Under the pieces are notes generated by a model, which searched no databases, was not told where the DNA came from, and saw nothing but the letters and a program-made list of their open reading frames with translations. Made by a program: the position numbers and the translations under genes. 64,000 nucleotides of DNA from Psammoneis japonica (Eukaryota), in assembly GCA_008632985.1 (NCBI GenBank), contig QPGO01000191.1:62001-126000 (forward strand), in the 5' to 3' direction. Positions 1 through 12,858 of the stretch are shown here, piece after piece. Each line of letters begins with the position of its first letter. Within the stretch, counting starts at the first letter, position 1.

Positions 1-618
1 ACATCGCTTTGTCAGGTTCAATCATCTGCATGTAAGGATTGCGTTGGTAAAGGATGTATATATTGCAAAAGCAACAGTGGTCAAGAGGCAAGCGGATGTG
101 TTTGTGACGAGGAATTTGTAAGCTGTGCAAGTCACAGTCCTGGTACAGTACCATTGGATTCCAAGCTTGATTGTACATTTGATGACCCAGAGGGAGAGTC
201 GATTTTCGCTGGACTAATGATATTTCTTGCATTGACTGTGACGGGCTGCTCCTGTGGCGTTGGATGCTGTATTTTGTGTCGAAAACGTGGCATCAATCGT
301 GATTCGTGGCGTGTTTCTAATTTTCCTCAACAACAACAACTGCAACAAGAGCCTTATTCCATGTCAGTGACCACCCAGAGTACAACCCCTCCACCATCGA
401 CAACAGTATATCCACCCACCAGCTCTTACAAGCACTACGTGCTACCAGAATGCAGCACACCAATGTTTGCTTCTTCTCCTACCGCGTCGGCTGTCGACAT
501 TCGAATCCACAAATCAAACGAAAACGGATCAACAACAGCAATTCCAATGGTTCATGCTACTGTCTTGTCAGACCCAGTGAAGCCCTCGGCACCGCCAGAA
601 GAATGCGACAAAGCTTGA
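1..618 (+). CDS. 5'-truncated single-pass membrane protein (Cys-rich ectodomain, TM helix, Pro/Ser/Thr-rich tail)
   Basis: Frame is open from base 1 (TSLCQVQSSACKDCVGKGCIYC...), with hydrophobic IFAGLMIFLALTVTG followed by a Cys cluster and RKR; stop at 618. Confidence 0.65.
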   Translation, partial: TSLCQVQSSACKDCVGKGCIYCKSNSGQEASGCVCDEEFVSCASHSPGTVPLDSKLDCTFDDPEGESIFAGLMIFLALTVTGCSCGVGCCILCRKRGINRDSWRVSNFPQQQQLQQEPYSMSVTTQSTTPPPSTTVYPPTSSYKHYVLPECSTPMFASSPTASAVDIRIHKSNENGSTTAIPMVHATVLSDPVKPSAPPEECDKA

Positions 619-896
619 CCGAATTTCAAAAACGCCCCTGTGCATGATTGAATTGAGGGACACCGAGGGGTGTTTCAATTTAAATGTACATTTTTGCTCC
701 TGAATAATACCCGAGGCCACTTATTTGAAGAATCCCGAGTTGATTCATAAGTTTCATAACGTTGAGGTTATCCAACGACACTCTACTCTAGCGCACCTCA
801 CAAGTTGGCAAAGAGAGTGAGCTAGAACAAATGGTGAATCCTAGTTCCTATGGTAGAGTGTACTGTTCCTTTAATTCTAAACGTGTGACTTTGTCA

Positions 897-953
897 CTCA
901 CAACTTTGATCTCAACAGAGTCCCTCACAACTTTGATCTCAACAGAGTCCCTC
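897..953. repeat. 27-bp perfect tandem duplication
   Basis: ctcacaactttgatctcaacagagtcc at 897-923 and 924-950. Confidence 0.9.
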
Positions 954-1354
954 TACTCTACACTCTCTAGCTAGTAGAGTAGAGCTACATTACTATGAGA
1001 GAGATAACGGGCAGGGGACACCAAACGACATCGCCAGTGAATGAGAACTCGTTGCGATCATCGGTCGTCTGCAAGACGCTCCGTACATAAATCGTTTAGA
1101 CGTACCGTACAGACAGACCGAAGCTTGTAAAGTGACGCGAGCAAGAAGTTCGGACACTCGATTATTCGACATCTTTCTGTCGAACAGCGGCCATGACAAC
1201 TGCAACGCAGCGGCATAAGGAACCCTTCTACTCTCACGCTGTTCAATATACTGACAAAGTCTTGCTTATACGTTGTACCCTGGAAAGATAAGGCTTTTGT
1301 GAAAGCGTCCAGACGAATCCGCACAACTACAGCCACAATACACACACACGCATC

Positions 1355-2113
1355 ATGGGTGCGTGTTCCTCTTCTCATCGATCGACGGATGCAGTCGTGT
1401 CAAACCAGGCGGACGTGAGGCCATTCGACTTGGACAGTGACTCTACCGATGGCTCTTCTCTCGTCCGGTACTTTGCGGATCTGCAAGCCATGGATGAATC
1501 CCGAGACTTTCATCGGGCACGATGGAGGCGGCATCCCGCAGGAATTCAGGGGCGTTCGCTCGAACAAGAACGCCAGCGACGCATGGAAATTGAGAATCTC
1601 CAACGAAGTCTCGCCGCCATGGAAGATTTCTTCCAGAGTCTCCTGGGTCAAGCGCAATTATACATGGAAGCCATGGACCCGTCGGGTGGCGGTGGGAATA
1701 ACGGTCCTCCTCCGGCTTCGGGAGACGCGCTCGACAAGTTGCCTCGCATCGCCTTGACTTGCCACGACATGGAGGACGAGGATAATCGGAGTTGTGGGAT
1801 TTGTTGTGAAACGCAGAACGTGGGTGACGCTGTGACGCGACTGCCGTGTGGACATGTCTTTCACGGCGCTTGCATCGAGGCGTGGTTGAATCGGCACTGC
1901 ACCTGTCCCATTTGCCGATACGAACTCGCCACGGATGATGAAAGCTACGAGCCCGGGCGAATTGCACGCATGGCAACAAGGAAACTAATGCCGAGCGAGT
2001 TTGCTTCAAATGATGAAGCGGAAGAGTGCTGTTGTGAAGAAACAAAACCAGAAGTAAAAGTTGTGTCTCGTGGGGAAGAGCAGAATGATACACAGAGCAG
2101 GGTTGAATCGTAA
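1355..2113 (+). CDS. RING-H2 zinc-finger E3 ubiquitin ligase (RNF115/126-like), possible N-myristoylation
   Basis: CGIC...LPCGHVFHGACIEAWL..HCTCPICR, preceded by PPPAS..ALDKLP; N-terminus MGACSS. Confidence 0.92.
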   Translation: MGACSSSHRSTDAVVSNQADVRPFDLDSDSTDGSSLVRYFADLQAMDESRDFHRARWRRHPAGIQGRSLEQERQRRMEIENLQRSLAAMEDFFQSLLGQAQLYMEAMDPSGGGGNNGPPPASGDALDKLPRIALTCHDMEDEDNRSCGICCETQNVGDAVTRLPCGHVFHGACIEAWLNRHCTCPICRYELATDDESYEPGRIARMATRKLMPSEFASNDEAEECCCEETKPEVKVVSRGEEQNDTQSRVES

Positions 2114-2233
2114 CTCTGCCTAATTCCGTGCAATATTTTTGCCATATCGTACTTATAACTCTATTTTACATGAAACCAATAAAAATATCTTCAGTTTAGT
2201 TGTATGTACTGTAGTGATTAGCCAATCATTTGC

Positions 2234-3490
2234 TTACTTGGAACCGGCGTTTACATTCTCTTGAACCCATTCATGTATGAGATTGGCTGCTTTCTCCCAA
2301 TTCCGTCCTAGCATGACATCGTGGGGTGAATCGACAAAGATGGCGCTTTCAAGACCATAATATCTAGCGGTCTCCTCGTTTCCTTCCTTATCAACGATAA
2401 AATCGCGTTCGGCTCCAATCACCAGGCAAGGTGGGAACCCTGGCGATGACAGAAAAGGCGCCTTCCCATCGACGGCCATCGCAGAGGGAAGGTGCTTTAA
2501 AAGGTCCCTCACGTCGATTACAGCATCTGTGTCTCGTGCAAAGTACCCCTGATACCGTTCAATATCGTCGTCTGATACACCATAATCTTCAATGACCGTG
2601 CCGTCCTCTGAAGTTTGCTTTTCGCCACCAAAGAACAGTTGGCGACATAGATTGGCATTTCCGATGCCTAATAGACAAGAGCGAGGGGGTAAATGAGTGA
2701 CAGACAGGCAAAAGATTGAAAATGTCAACATGACCAGGCGCTTTCACCTTTCACCCTGTTTCTACTTTGCAGAAAACGTACATTTCTTCATCGCCAACCC
2801 AACAGTAATCTTGTAGCTGTCAACAAGGGATCTCCGCAAGAATCGCATTGTCATTTTGCCATTTCCACTCGGTGGAACAGAACACATGGTAATGACTCCT
2901 CCCAATTTTGACTCTGGATTTTTTTCTAAATACTTCATCACGGCCAATCCTCCAAACGAATGAGAAATGAGAATGGGTTTCTGGTTTCCGAGCTTTAATT
3001 TTGGAAGCTCCTCGTTGACAAAGCTTGCAATATCAGCCGCGTGCTCATCAATTTTGACTTTTGTCACCCCCTCCCCGGCAAAGCTTCCACCGGTTCCACG
3101 CAAACTCAAGGCAACGACTGGATAGTTTTGTGAGACAAAGTACTCAAAGTAGTGTTCTGTCCAGCACCATGCCGCGTGAAACGATCCATGAATGAATACC
3201 AGAGGCGGTTGTTGTAGTTTCTTGCCAGAATTCCTCGGTATACACGACAGTACTTGAGCCTTTATACCAGTCGAAAGCTCTACTTGATCTTCCTTGATAT
3301 CGATTGATGGATTCGTATCTTGCGAGGCGGCATTGGCACTAGACAGTAGCTCGGTTGGACTTGGCGGAGACGGTTTTGATTGGTTCTTTCTCACGCCCAG
3401 AGACGCTTTCTGAAAAGATTCGGATGGACTGCTCATTAGGAATAAAAGTATGCATACAAGTGGCGCCCTGAAGGAGCACAGTCTCATCAT
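2234..3490 (-). CDS. alpha/beta-hydrolase fold protein with N-terminal signal or plastid-targeting sequence; 2 exons, intron 2668-2781
   Basis: VFIHGSFHAAWCW, nucleophile motif SHSFGG, GAERDFIV and HDVML; a GTACGT...TTAG intron joins ORFs 2762-3490 and 2234-2731 in frame (KKC-IGNANL). Confidence 0.88.
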
Positions 3491-3599
3491 GGTGAGATCG
3501 GTTTTGATGTGTGTGTTCGCATGTCGGATGGAAAGTTTCGGATACCGAGATCCGGGTTGCCAAGCTTTCCTGGTTGTTCTCTACCCGCTTCTTTTTTCG

Positions 3600-4520
3600 C
3601 ACATTGCCCACGACACGCGGGTCGCGGATGTGTTGTGGAAGTTCACAGCAGTGCCGGTGGCGAACTTGTTGGAGAAGGCATCCAGGCCCTGCAGCAGAGC
3701 TTTCAGGTGTCGTGTGTTTGCCAATCGACTTGCTGTGTGGTACGATGTTCTTGCGAAGCTCTTGCAGATGATGTCGTGGTGGTGAGCCATGTTTGAAGAA
3801 GCTGGTGCCGCTCACAATTTCTGGCGCAATTGTGGCTCAGAAGACATTGTGAATTTCAAGTTAATTTTGTCAATTGCCAAAAATGTTGGGTGTCTTGGAA
3901 TGGGACTCTAAAGGAAGCTGAATCATTGGGATTGATGAATTTTGCAAATGAGCCGGAAGTCTCAAAAAGTCTCCTTGGCGTGATGCTGCTGGTGATGTCT
4001 GGTTGGGGTTGAAGATCAACTCTGTGGTTGCGACAGGAGAAGGTTCCAAAGGAAGAAACGGAGAATCTAAATTTTCTGTGAAAATGGCAATGGGAGCACT
4101 CTTGCCATCGCTGGGTGTGGCGTGGAAGGGTTGGTGGATTGCTTTCTTGGGCCGCTGCTTTCCAAAGCTCCGCGCGTCTCTGTCGGCAGACGAGCTGTGC
4201 AGCGAGTTTTGACAACACGTTTCAAACATTTCTGCAGTGAACAGCAATGAGGACATGATGTGGTGCTCATGTTGCATGGAATCATGTGAGTGGAGTGTCA
4301 CCATGTGCATTTTGGCACCTGGCATCTCAACGTCAGTGGCTGGCACACAGATGATGAGGGTGTCTCTCAGCGCTTCCCTTGTTGTCAAAAACCATTTTTC
4401 TCTGCCATCACTGTTGGTTTTTGCTTTCTTGAGATTTGGCTGAGTGAGTTGTCAGAAGTGTTGGGCTTGATTTTCCTTCAAAGCTGAAGTGGTCACAGCC
4501 ACCAGGAACTGGCCACCAGC
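3600..4520. other. TpA-depleted island, probable degenerate repeat or relic
   Basis: Only about 4 TA dinucleotides in about 900 bp and none seen in 4081-4500; overlapping Cys/His-rich ORFs in several frames. Confidence 0.6.
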
Positions 4521-5001
4521 CTCTAGCTAGCTAGAGAGCGAACCATTGGCAGGTGTTGGGGGTCGTTGCTCCTGCCTTGCTGGTTTGAGGCACATCAAAT
4601 CAAAGGCGTTTACAGCACAGCGCTGGGCGCAACAGCCCCACAATAAATGTGAATAAGTGTCATGTGCGTGTCAACGGAAAGCAAGACAAAATTTATTGCC
4701 TCACACAGCTTTTTGCCAAAGTCTCCAGGAGCAAACAAACGAGCGAACGAAAAAGCTCTGTGGCCATGACGCTGAAGATTGTAGCGGCATTCCAAGTTTG
4801 GATTCGAGATGATTACTTTGATTGAACCCAGTACCGTTTAAATTGTGTCAAAACCAACTTCGCACTTGACGGACACGATTGCCTTCACGCGAAAATCCGA
4901 AAGACGCAAGCACGCACTGTGCCACGCGCTTTTTCGCTATTTCTTCGTCTCACAATCGCAGTTCTGGCAAGAAAGTGAAGTATCGCATCAACAATATCAC
5001 C

Positions 5002-5850
5002 ATGTTGTCTTCTCTTATCTTTATGAACGTCGTGGTCAGCTTTAGCCACCGTGACTTGATTGGAGTTATGATTCATCGCAAGAGCGCGTGCGATTGGCTT
5101 CGTGCCGCTCTTTGGCTCGGATATTGCATGTTGCTTCAAGATCTCAACATAGCTGCCATCACGATATTCTCGGCGGTTCTCTTTATGGCTTACGATGAGT
5201 GTATGAAACTCATGGACACCTGGTTGCTCATCAAGCGGCAGAGCTTTCCGAGCGCCACTTTCAATTCGGTCTGGTCGTCCATCGTCGGGTCTCCCATCTG
5301 GAGCAAAGTCCATCTCTTCTTTATCAAGCTCAAGTCATTCTTACTGAAGTGTATGGAGCTTGCTGTTTTCATATTGAAGGGAATCATCAAGCGTGTGGAC
5401 TGGACGCGCGTTGCTTCTTTGTTCAAGCGTGCCGACAAGACAAGCGCCGCCGTCGTCTTGTTCAACGTCTGCTTGGCTTTCAAGAATTTCGATGTCAGTA
5501 GCCTCATGGGATTTCTCTTCCGTCTCATGTTGGGAGTGGCACTGGCCTTTCTCATTCACATGCACGTGACGGGATCGTATCTACCAACAACCGAGGACGA
5601 CCTGTCTGGCCATCGCGACGACCATGTCAAGAAGCCTTGGAAGGAGCCAACGTCCAAATTCAAGCAGGGACAGTACGTGTATTATCGCCATTCCAAACAG
5701 ACGTTCAGGGCAAAGATTTTAAGGGTCCATTTTGACGATGACCTTGATCCGTTCTACGACGTGAAATTGGGCGATGCACGCGAGAAGCAGACGACCCGAA
5801 GACCACCTTTCGGACGAGCTCGGCTCGGGTCACTTCCAGGTTTTCATTGA
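5002..5850 (+). CDS. Hypothetical membrane protein with C-terminal small beta-barrel (SH3/Tudor-like) motif
   Basis: Several hydrophobic segments, then FKQGQYVYY...AKILRVHFDDDLDPFYDVKLGDAREKQT; start and 3' end uncertain. Confidence 0.55.
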   Translation: MLSSLIFMNVVVSFSHRDLIGVMIHRKSACDWLRAALWLGYCMLLQDLNIAAITIFSAVLFMAYDECMKLMDTWLLIKRQSFPSATFNSVWSSIVGSPIWSKVHLFFIKLKSFLLKCMELAVFILKGIIKRVDWTRVASLFKRADKTSAAVVLFNVCLAFKNFDVSSLMGFLFRLMLGVALAFLIHMHVTGSYLPTTEDDLSGHRDDHVKKPWKEPTSKFKQGQYVYYRHSKQTFRAKILRVHFDDDLDPFYDVKLGDAREKQTTRRPPFGRARLGSLPGFH

Positions 5851-6883
5851 TATCTTTGACGATGATCCGGAATGCGACTTGTACTAAGGTGTTAATGGGG
5901 GGATATCGTTAGTGCAGTCTTGTGACCATTGTTATTCCAACAAGATGTTCGACTGTGGAGGATTGCCGAGTATTTTTATGCGGATGCGGCTGAAACTTGT
6001 TTTTCTGGCTCGGTTTTTCCAAAATCAGGCCTTTGCTATCGATATGAGAGGTGCGACCGTTTAGGGAACGAGAGTTTGATTGATCGCGTTGGGTCTCGAA
6101 TACAAAAGCTTGTATTGGATACATGTGTACATCGAGCTGATTCCGAAGCATGTCATTGTTTTCGAACAACATGTGAACGAGAATAAGAGATCCACGTGAC
6201 ACTCAAACTCAAACTCATTTTATGCACATGTAAATCGAGTTGTTTCTGAAGACAAAGTCCAAAAGAGGCACCTTCTTTTTGAAAGTAGAGGCAATTGGGA
6301 AAGGAAAATTGAAGCCGAGGAAACTATTCAAGACGAGAAACGCATGAAGATACTTTGCTGTTCTAGTTCAGTTGGGCAATCTATTGTTGCTTTCATTCGA
6401 TCAAGATGAGTAGAGTCTTGTACAATTCAAACATCAAATAAACATGAAAATTTAATCAACGCTTCTCCGTCTCGTCGTAAATTAGTTTTAATGGCACTAT
6501 TCGTGTCGCAATCGACAGATCGAAGGCCAAGGATGCTACTACGGCACCGACGGACTAGTACGGCACCCTTTAGCTGCGGACTGGTTTCTTAATAATGACA
6601 GGGCCTGTCTCAAGCATAAGAACAGCAGTATATAGTCCATCCTAACAGATGGACACTGCAGTAGCCACCCTCTACTACTAGTTATCAAAACAAAGACCAA
6701 CTAATTATGCAACAGAAAATGCACCAGAATCGGTTTCAGTATCCGGTAGTGTCTACATTTTGTGCCTTCTCCTGTATTGATATATCTAGGCTTTCTACTT
6801 TCTCCTGTTTTCTCCCTTGCTTCTCTAGGACCGCCACTCGTCACAGTACTCACACACTCCCGTCCCACCTCTCTCGGTCTTTC

Positions 6884-8612
6884 TTACTGATATTCCCCCA
6901 TGGAAATGACATCATCAATCTTGAGAATCATCTTGACGACTTGCGTGGCAAGCTGAAACTGTTCTTGTTTGCCAATCAACGTTTCAAAGACACCAATTTC
7001 TTTCATGTCACAAGAATGAAATCCATCCTCATTGGGTTCTTGATCCAACACTCCCAATCCAATCACGGGACTGTCCTCCTTGACTTGTCGTGCCTTGGCC
7101 GCTGCCACTTCATCCATGGGACTCAATCCCGAATTCTCGGCAAGCGCCAGGGGAATGTCTTCGAGTGCATTGGCAAAGGCCCGAATGGCATACTGATCGA
7201 CACCCGTCACGGTATCCGCGTACTTGCTTACCGCCAAGGAACACGCCAATTCCGCCGAACCACCACCGTACACGACACGATTGTCTTTAATGAGATTGCG
7301 CACGACACACATGGCATCGTGCAAGGACCGTTTGGCTTCTTCAACAATCAGCTTGTTGCCACCCCGGACCAACACTGTAACAGCCTTGAGATGAGCACAA
7401 TCTTCCAAAACAAGCATGCGTTCACGTGTCGTCCCAAACGACACTTCCCGTACCAATCCAGCGTGTCCCAGCTTGTCGGGTGACAATTCAGAAAAGCGAG
7501 GTACAATGCGTGCACCCGTGGCAATGGCCAAGTGTTCAATCTCAACACCACCGACCCATCGAACGGCATTCAAACCATTCTGTAACAACAAATGATTGGC
7601 TTCATCGTCAAAACCCCATTGACACAACACGAGATTGGCACCACTGTCCTTGACTTGTTGGACCATTTCTTTGAAATAATCTTGTTCTTGTTGATAGAGC
7701 TTTTCGTACGCTTCTTTCGAGGTAATATCGAGCTTGTGTTTGGTTTTGGGTTTGGGTGGTTCAAAGGGACAGGTCAAAATACACATTTTCGGATCCGTCA
7801 GGGACTTGGGCATTTGTGGATGCGAAAAGTCCTTGTCAATGACAATGCCATTGACGAGTTCGGTATCGGCCAATTCACCTCCCGCCTTGCCCTCCATGCG
7901 AATCATGTCAAAGTTCACATCGTGACGTTCCAAATCGGCAACGTCCAGTACGGCTTGGACGGCGATTTGTGCCATTTTGGTCTTGTTGACATTGATAATC
8001 TTGGAGTTGAGAGTCGTTTCGGCTGTCGTCAAGAGGGGTTCAATGTTGGTTTCTGAAAATTCAACCGTATCGGAAATGTCCTTGAGAGTCTCCATGGCCA
8101 CGGCGGCTGCCTTTTCAAATCCTTCTGCCACTCGCACGGGATGAATACCTCGATCGAGTAATTTCTCGGCTTGTTCCAAGAGCGCACCAGCCAAGACAAC
8201 GACACCCGTCGTACCGTCACCCACTTCATCGTCTTGGGACGCACTCAGCTCGACCAAGAGCTTGGCAACTTGATGCTTGACTTCCATGCGATCCAGAATG
8301 GTGGCACCGTCGTTTGTGACAGTCACGTCGCCGTCGGGACTTACCAACATTTTATCCATACCCTTGGGACCGAGGGAGGTGCGTAAAATGTTGGAGATGG
8401 ACCGTGCTGCTAAAATGTTGGACTTTTGAGCCTCCAATCCCTTGACGCGAGCCTTGGCCTGCTGCTCCTTTAGAATGATAAAGGGACGGCCGTATTCATC
8501 TGTATGTGACGGGCGGAACAAACAAAAGCATGATTATTTGAGAAAACGCGCTCGCTACAATAGCTATGGTTATAGATAAAATGACCGGAAACGTACCGTA
8601 TATCATGGACAT
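6884..8612 (-). CDS. CCT5: T-complex protein 1 subunit epsilon; 16-bp first exon (8597-8612), intron 8500-8596
   Basis: Splicing gives [67 protein letters not shown]. Confidence 0.97.
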
Positions 8613-9259
8613 GTTGAAAATGGATAGTATAATACACAGCTGCTGTTGCAATACACACACAACAGGAGCAATGCTGTTGTTGTTGTCGCTGTGTTATGCG
8701 TGTGGATCTTTCTGTTTCGATGGAAAGCAGAGAAGACAGACGAAAGTTGCATCCGACTTCTTGAATAGGAAATCTCAACAGATCGTTCACGGAATATCCT
8801 TGACTAATTTAGTATTGAAATACTGTTTTTCTTATTAGAAATTTTACCGCTTACCTTTTTTCTTGCAAGTTTGTCTACGACAAATTCTACGTAAAGGCAG
8901 TACCGACTGTTGATGTGTGAGCGCTCCAACTCCAACACCGCTCACTTTTGTGTTGCTCAAGAGGTAGGTTGACCATGACGAGATTGTATACTAAGAACAA
9001 CGCAAAAAAAGGCGGAGGCTAAGCCATGACAATGCAACAATGATAGCAGCGTTATCGGCGTGAGGGGTCATCTTGACATTGGGCGTCCAACAAACGTGCC
9101 ATTTGATCAATGGGGACAGGCTTCACGCGTGTATTCCCCCCCCTCGTCTCTTTCCTGGCGTTGTTCTATTTTCTTGATAGACACAACTGCTCACAGGACT
9201 CTTCGTTTTTGCGTTTCTCTCTCTCTCTCTACACAATAGGATCTCAAACAAAAAAAATC

Positions 9260-9607
9260 ATGCCCAAGGACGGAGCCAAAAAACCCGATTTGGTGACTCG
9301 GGATTACACCATTCACCTTTCGAAACGCATTCACAAGCAACAATTCAAAAAGCGTGCTCCTCGTGCCATTAAGGAGATTCGTAAATTTGCCGAAAAAGCC
9401 ATGGGTACCAAGGATGTTCGTATTGATGCTCGTCTCAACAAGCACATTTGGGCAACCGGAATCAAGAATCCACCCACGAGGGTACGGGTCCGTCTGAGCC
9501 GCAAGCGAAATGAAGATGAAGAAGCGGATGAAACACTCTACACGCTGGCGCAATTGGTCGAAGTGAGTTCTTTCAAGGGACTTCAAACGGAAAATGTTGA
9601 GGGATAA
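9260..9607 (+). CDS. RPL31: 60S ribosomal protein L31 (eL31)
   Basis: [12 protein letters not shown]...[32 protein letters not shown]...[17 protein letters not shown] at 9260. Confidence 0.97.
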   Translation: MPKDGAKKPDLVTRDYTIHLSKRIHKQQFKKRAPRAIKEIRKFAEKAMGTKDVRIDARLNKHIWATGIKNPPTRVRVRLSRKRNEDEEADETLYTLAQLVEVSSFKGLQTENVEG

Positions 9608-10048
9608 GACTTGTAGATGTTCTAATGAGAAAAATATAAATAAGTCTTAAACCGAATTATGTTCTCGTACTTCGTAGGTACTGTACAGGAACAGTATAGC
9701 TACTTGGCGCGCAATATTCTCTTTTTGATGGTTTGCCACGTTGCGTTGTCTTGACAAGCTTATAACTTATAAGAGTGGGACATTATTCTCTAGGTACATT
9801 GGCATGACTCTAGAGATCCCTGCCACCACGCAGAGTCCCAACTCTTTGTCCTTGCACGGGCTTTCCGACACGAGCAAAGTTTCCTAGCTGGACATCTCTC
9901 AGCTTCTCGACTTTACAGAGAGGCCCTATTGACACATTATCCTTTGCCCTTTGCTGCCGTTTCCAATGCATCTTCAGTGGCATCTTGAAAATAATCCTGA
10001 ATGCTTTTCGTTTTTTGTGGCTATGATCGCTCAAACTCATGTGCGAGC

Positions 10049-10830
10049 GGACTCGATTTCCGAAACGTTACAAGCCTTACTTCGAGGATGAGATTTCTCA
10101 AACATTGCGTTTCGTTACGGATTCTGTTACGTTACGGAATGGACGTTGTGGAAACCTTCCATCGAGGATGAGGTTTCTCAATCATTGCATTTCGTTACGG
10201 ATTCCCTAACGATTCGTTGCGGAAATCTTTCCAGGACGTTACGGAATGGACGTTGTGGAAACCTTCCATAGAGGATGGGGTTTCTCAATCATTGCGGACT
10301 GGATTTCCGAAATGTTTCAAGCCTTCTATCGAGGATGACATTTCTCAAACAATGCGTTTCGTTGCGGATTCCACAATGCAACGTCACGGAATGGACGTTG
10401 GGGAAACCTTCTATCAAGGACAGTGTTTCTCAAACATTGCGGACTCGATTTCCGAAATCTTTCAAGCCTTCTTTCGAGGATGACATTTCTCAAACAATGC
10501 GTTTCGTTGCGGATTCGGCACCGCAACGTCGCGGAATGGACGTTGTGGAAACCTTCTATCAAGGACAGCGCTTCTCAAACATTGCGGACTCGATTTCCGA
10601 AATCTTTCAAGCCTTCTTTCGAGGATAAGATTTCTCAAACAATGCGTTTCGTTACGGATTCCTCCGAAACGTAACGTCACGGAATGGGCGTTGTGGAAAC
10701 CTTCCTTCGAGGATGAGGTTTCTTAATCATTGCATTTCGTCACGGATTCCGTAACTGTCACGGACTTTAACAACTCTTTCCGTTACGGATTCCGTAACGT
10801 AACGTCATGGACGTTGTGGAATCCGCAACA
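10049..10830. repeat. CpG-rich tandem repeat with 145-bp period built from two related subunits, about 5 partly degenerate copies
   Basis: ggact(c/g)gatttccgaaa at 10049, 10296, 10441 and 10586; gaatggacgttgtggaaaccttc recurs. Confidence 0.9.
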
Positions 10831-11353
10831 TCCGTGGCGAGACACCCAGTCACGCACTCACATTGCATTTCGCTCTTGCGCTGAGTTGCGTGATCTCGTG
10901 TCGTCTTCAAAGCGGGCCTTTTTCATTTTGGCTTATCTGTGTTGGCCTTGAGGACTGGGCCACTGGGTCCATTGAAGACCGCGACAGCTCAAATTGTTTA
11001 CAAGTCCACTGAAACACAATACAACACACAACCTGAATTACTTCAATCAACGTGTTGATCCATTTTTTGGATTTCATTCGGCGCAGCTCAACTAACTGCC
11101 TGAGTCTTGACCGTTAATTTTTTTGATAAGCACGGAATGCTTTGGACACTTTCAAACTTCATGCAAGACTCAAGGAAGGGTCATTCCAATCCGCCAATCG
11201 CCAATCTGAAATCCTTGGCAGCAACAGCATGTCCCAATTGTGCCTGCTCGTCAATCTCTCTCGTTCCAGGCCCACGGTTGTTGGCGGATAACGCAATAAT
11301 TTATCTGAAGTGGCGCCCCTACAAGTACACAATACACGAGTGCTCTTAATAAA

Positions 11354-12166
11354 ATGATTACCAGGAGGAGGCGCCAAAAGCGAAAACCAAATCGCATTCT
11401 AGCTGGAATTTGCGCTTTGATTTTCATGGTTGTTTTGAACGGTTGTTACACCGCCCTCCAAATCAGCCCGTCCTTGCCACGAAACCACATTCAAACACAG
11501 CCTGATATGATGCTTGTCTACGATTTGCGTCCGAATGCAAATATTCCTGAATTTCTGCAAGAGGTCAATGTTGATGAATCCTTTGTTCCCCGACATCAAA
11601 ACTTCATGGACATTGATTTGGTTCACCGAACCGGTCAATATCATATGGGCACGTCCCAATTTGTGATGGATAAAGAATTACGAATTCTCATGGTCAAACG
11701 CGGTCCTCAGTTAAAGACCTGTCCCAATGCGTGGATGATGATCGGCGAACACTCGATTGGAGACGAATCTCCGTTGGAAACCGCAAAACGGGGCATGCTC
11801 GAAGAGCTTGGGCCAAACATGATTCGAGAGATTCGTTTCTATAAGCCACTCACGGTGAATCCACTCTTTTATTACCAAGAAATGGGAGATCGAATCGATC
11901 GGCAGCTCCTGTACACGTATTTGGTGCAACTGAACTCCGCCGCACAAGACTTAAGGCTCGAGTTTGATGACGAGGTTTCCAATTACAAATGGGTTACATT
12001 GGATGAGCTTGAAAATTGGGTGCTAGAAGAATATGCCATTATAAGAAGTGGGGGTCAGTCTACCATGTGTCATGAATCTATTGTTCGGCTCATTCAAGTT
12101 TGTTTGGAGCGATTACAAGTGATGGTAGCTACTCATTCAACAGCGAGAAACCTTCGTTTCCGCTAA
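11354..12166 (+). CDS. Nudix hydrolase with N-terminal membrane anchor
   Basis: Nudix box GEHSIGDESPLETAKRGMLEELG; basic N-terminus followed by TM segment ILAGICALIFMVVL. Confidence 0.82.
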   Translation: MITRRRRQKRKPNRILAGICALIFMVVLNGCYTALQISPSLPRNHIQTQPDMMLVYDLRPNANIPEFLQEVNVDESFVPRHQNFMDIDLVHRTGQYHMGTSQFVMDKELRILMVKRGPQLKTCPNAWMMIGEHSIGDESPLETAKRGMLEELGPNMIREIRFYKPLTVNPLFYYQEMGDRIDRQLLYTYLVQLNSAAQDLRLEFDDEVSNYKWVTLDELENWVLEEYAIIRSGGQSTMCHESIVRLIQVCLERLQVMVATHSTARNLRFR

Positions 12167-12858
12167 AGTCAAGCTTCTTTGCTGCAGCTCAAGCACTTTT
12201 GATCGACGATATGGAAGAATGCAAAGAAATTACACATGTGTTTGTGCAACTATTGTTCGGAAAACGTGCGAGGTTATTTCTGGAGCTTTTACACATCAAT
12301 GGTTGCAGTCTCGCAGTATGTTGTGCGTTTGCGTATCCTTTTGGGTACTAATGTTACGTCGTTTCCGTGGACAATGATCCTACATTTTAAACCAGGAGCA
12401 TCAATGACCTCTAGAGAGCGAAGCCAGAGGGAAAATGACGACAAATAGCGCACCATACGCGTAGAGTATCACCGTAGTCGCCCGCTCCTAAGAGCGCCTA
12501 TTGCGCACTAGTAGGCACTGCACTTTCAACTAATTAGGGCCTATGTACGCCGTCTTGTGCCGCATCCCCCCCATGACTTCATTTCTGGATGGAGAGAGCG
12601 GGAAGCTTCCTAAATCTACTTCTATCATGTACATTCGAAGCTCCGTGCGTCTCCAACAATACCTTCTCCGTCAAAAACTAACGAATGTCGTACGTTGAAA
12701 CAGAAACCCACTTTTCGAATTCGGGATAACCGTGTTCCTCAAATGCGGTGTTTTAAAGTTCCTTTATCAAGCTTTTCATGTTATGAGCTGCGATATCACA
12801 CGGAGGCAAACAAAAATCAACTCTATAAAGTTATACACTTGAAAAGCCCGTGAAGGTT

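Noticed and set aside
6707..8386. Plus-strand ORFs opposite CCT5, and similar antisense ORFs over other genes
   Set aside because: Shadow frames of strongly conserved genes with no independent motifs.
10049..10830. CRISPR array
   Set aside because: Whole units repeat with no unique spacers, no cas genes are present and the context is eukaryotic.
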